Assembly: GCA_046759445.1 (NCBI GenBank) | Contig: JBHICG010000074.1 | Coordinates: 1-15,629 of the forward strand | From: Candidatus Scalinduaceae bacterium | GTDB lineage: Bacteria > Planctomycetota > Brocadiia > Brocadiales > Scalinduaceae | Direction: 5' to 3' | DNA length: 15,629 nucleotides | In this document: positions 14,696 to 15,629 of the stretch, piece by piece | Layout: the number at the start of each line of letters is the position of its first letter | Position numbering within the stretch: the first letter of the stretch is position 1 | The notes under the pieces: generated by a model | The model's input: the letters and a program-made list of their open reading frames with translations, nothing else | Databases searched by the model: none | Told to the model about the DNA's origin: nothing | Translations under genes and position numbers: made by a program

Positions 14696-15629
14696 CCAGG
14701 CAATAGCACTGGCTGCCATAAAAAGTGGTTTAAATTTCTTTGCAGGATATCCTATTACGCCTGCTTCAGAAATTTTGCATGAATTGGTTAATAAGGACAC
14801 AGTAAAATTACTGCAGATGGAAGATGAAATTGCTTCAATCAATGCAGTTATTGGTGCGTCTTTGGCTGGTGCAAAGTCTATGACGGCTACCTCCGGACCG
14901 GGGTTTTCTCTTATGCAAGAGAGTATCGGTCATGCTCACATGATGGAAGTTCCACTTGTGATTGTGAATGTTCAACGTGTAGGGCCCAGTACGGGTATGC
15001 CAACATTTCCTGCACAGGGGGATATATTACAATGTAAATATGGTAGTCATGGTGATTACTTCCCCATAGTCTTTTATCCAAATTCGGTTGCGGAACTATA
15101 TGAATTTACATTCAATGCATTCAATGCTGCTGAAGAATCACTCAGCCCGGTAATACTCTTAAGTGACGGTTATGTCGGCCACCTTTACGAAACTATTGAG
15201 GAAGTTGATTATCCAATATCTAAAAGGTCTTTAGCTCCATTGGGAACGTCCAATAGACACTTCACGGGTCTTACTCATGAGGATTCAAGGCCAGCAACGT
15301 CTGATCCTGAGGTACATAAAAAGTTAATAAAACATCTTGAGACAAAGCAAAAGAAAATAGCCAGGAAGTACAATGATTACGAATATATCGAAAATAATTC
15401 TTCAGACAACCTCTTAATAACATACGGTGCATTGTCTAGAGCGGCATATGACCTTAAAGAAGATTTTGCAATTTATAGACCTATAAGGATTTTCCCAATG
15501 GTTGAAAAAATCAAAGAAATTGCCAAACAATATAAAGAAATTGTCGTAATGGAAATGAACACAGGACAATATGTAAATGAGGTTGAAAGATTGCTACATC
15601 GTGAGGTTAAGCTTATATCCATCATAGGA
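14670..15629 (+). CDS. korA: 2-oxoacid (probably 2-oxoglutarate):ferredoxin oxidoreductase alpha subunit, 3'-truncated by the window
   Basis: Hand translation from ATG at 14670: MTKTLLQGNQAIA..FAGYPITPASEI..QMEDEIAS..ATSGPGFSLMQE..QRVGPSTGMPT..HGDY..VMEMNTGQY, open to the window end (320 codons). Overlaps korD by 26 bp. Not in the ORF track. Confidence 0.93.
   Translation, partial: MTKTLLQGNQAIALAAIKSGLNFFAGYPITPASEILHELVNKDTVKLLQMEDEIASINAVIGASLAGAKSMTATSGPGFSLMQESIGHAHMMEVPLVIVNVQRVGPSTGMPTFPAQGDILQCKYGSHGDYFPIVFYPNSVAELYEFTFNAFNAAEESLSPVILLSDGYVGHLYETIEEVDYPISKRSLAPLGTSNRHFTGLTHEDSRPATSDPEVHKKLIKHLETKQKKIARKYNDYEYIENNSSDNLLITYGALSRAAYDLKEDFAIYRPIRIFPMVEKIKEIAKQYKEIVVMEMNTGQYVNEVERLLHREVKLISIIG

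Noticed and set aside
273..14842. Short antisense ORFs in the track (e.g. 273-512, 1365-1553, 2215-2490, 3931-4155, 6734-7168, 9727-10062, 13089-13442, 14618-14842)
   Set aside because: They are shadows of well-supported genes on the opposite strand, with no motifs.
1..15629. CRISPR array, tRNA, rRNA, or selenocysteine read-through
   Set aside because: I saw no regularly spaced repeats, cloverleafs or rRNA-like tracts, and no gene appears truncated at an in-frame TGA.

Overview
A low-GC bacterial chromosome segment. Gene content and order (comF-hpf-ptsN-HPr/EI, DUF2344-rne/rng-rplU-rpmA-obgE-coaX, sucC-sucD-korD-korA) suggest a planctomycete, possibly an anammox Brocadiales genome; this is inference only. 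Positions ~1.3-15.6 kb are mostly housekeeping genes. The first 1.3 kb holds features that the ORF track misses. (i) A nest of small mobile elements at 1-303: the 5' end of a REP-associated tyrosine transposase (RAYT) gene with a REP-like hairpin, a dead GxxExxY nuclease gene split by a 64-bp MITE with 13-bp terminal inverted repeats and a 4-bp target duplication, and a CGCAAAG repeat that now forms part of the C-terminus of an endonuclease III-like protein. (ii) A ~287-nt, GC-elevated intergenic element at 1009-1295 that folds by hand into a multi-branched, pseudoknotted RNA and matches no RNA family I recognise. This is the best candidate for an undescribed system. Other oddities are an HPr-Enzyme I fusion, a strong terminator 14 nt upstream of obgE, and a DUF2344 gene without its usual radical SAM neighbour. 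All pairings and alignments were done by eye and no searches were run.
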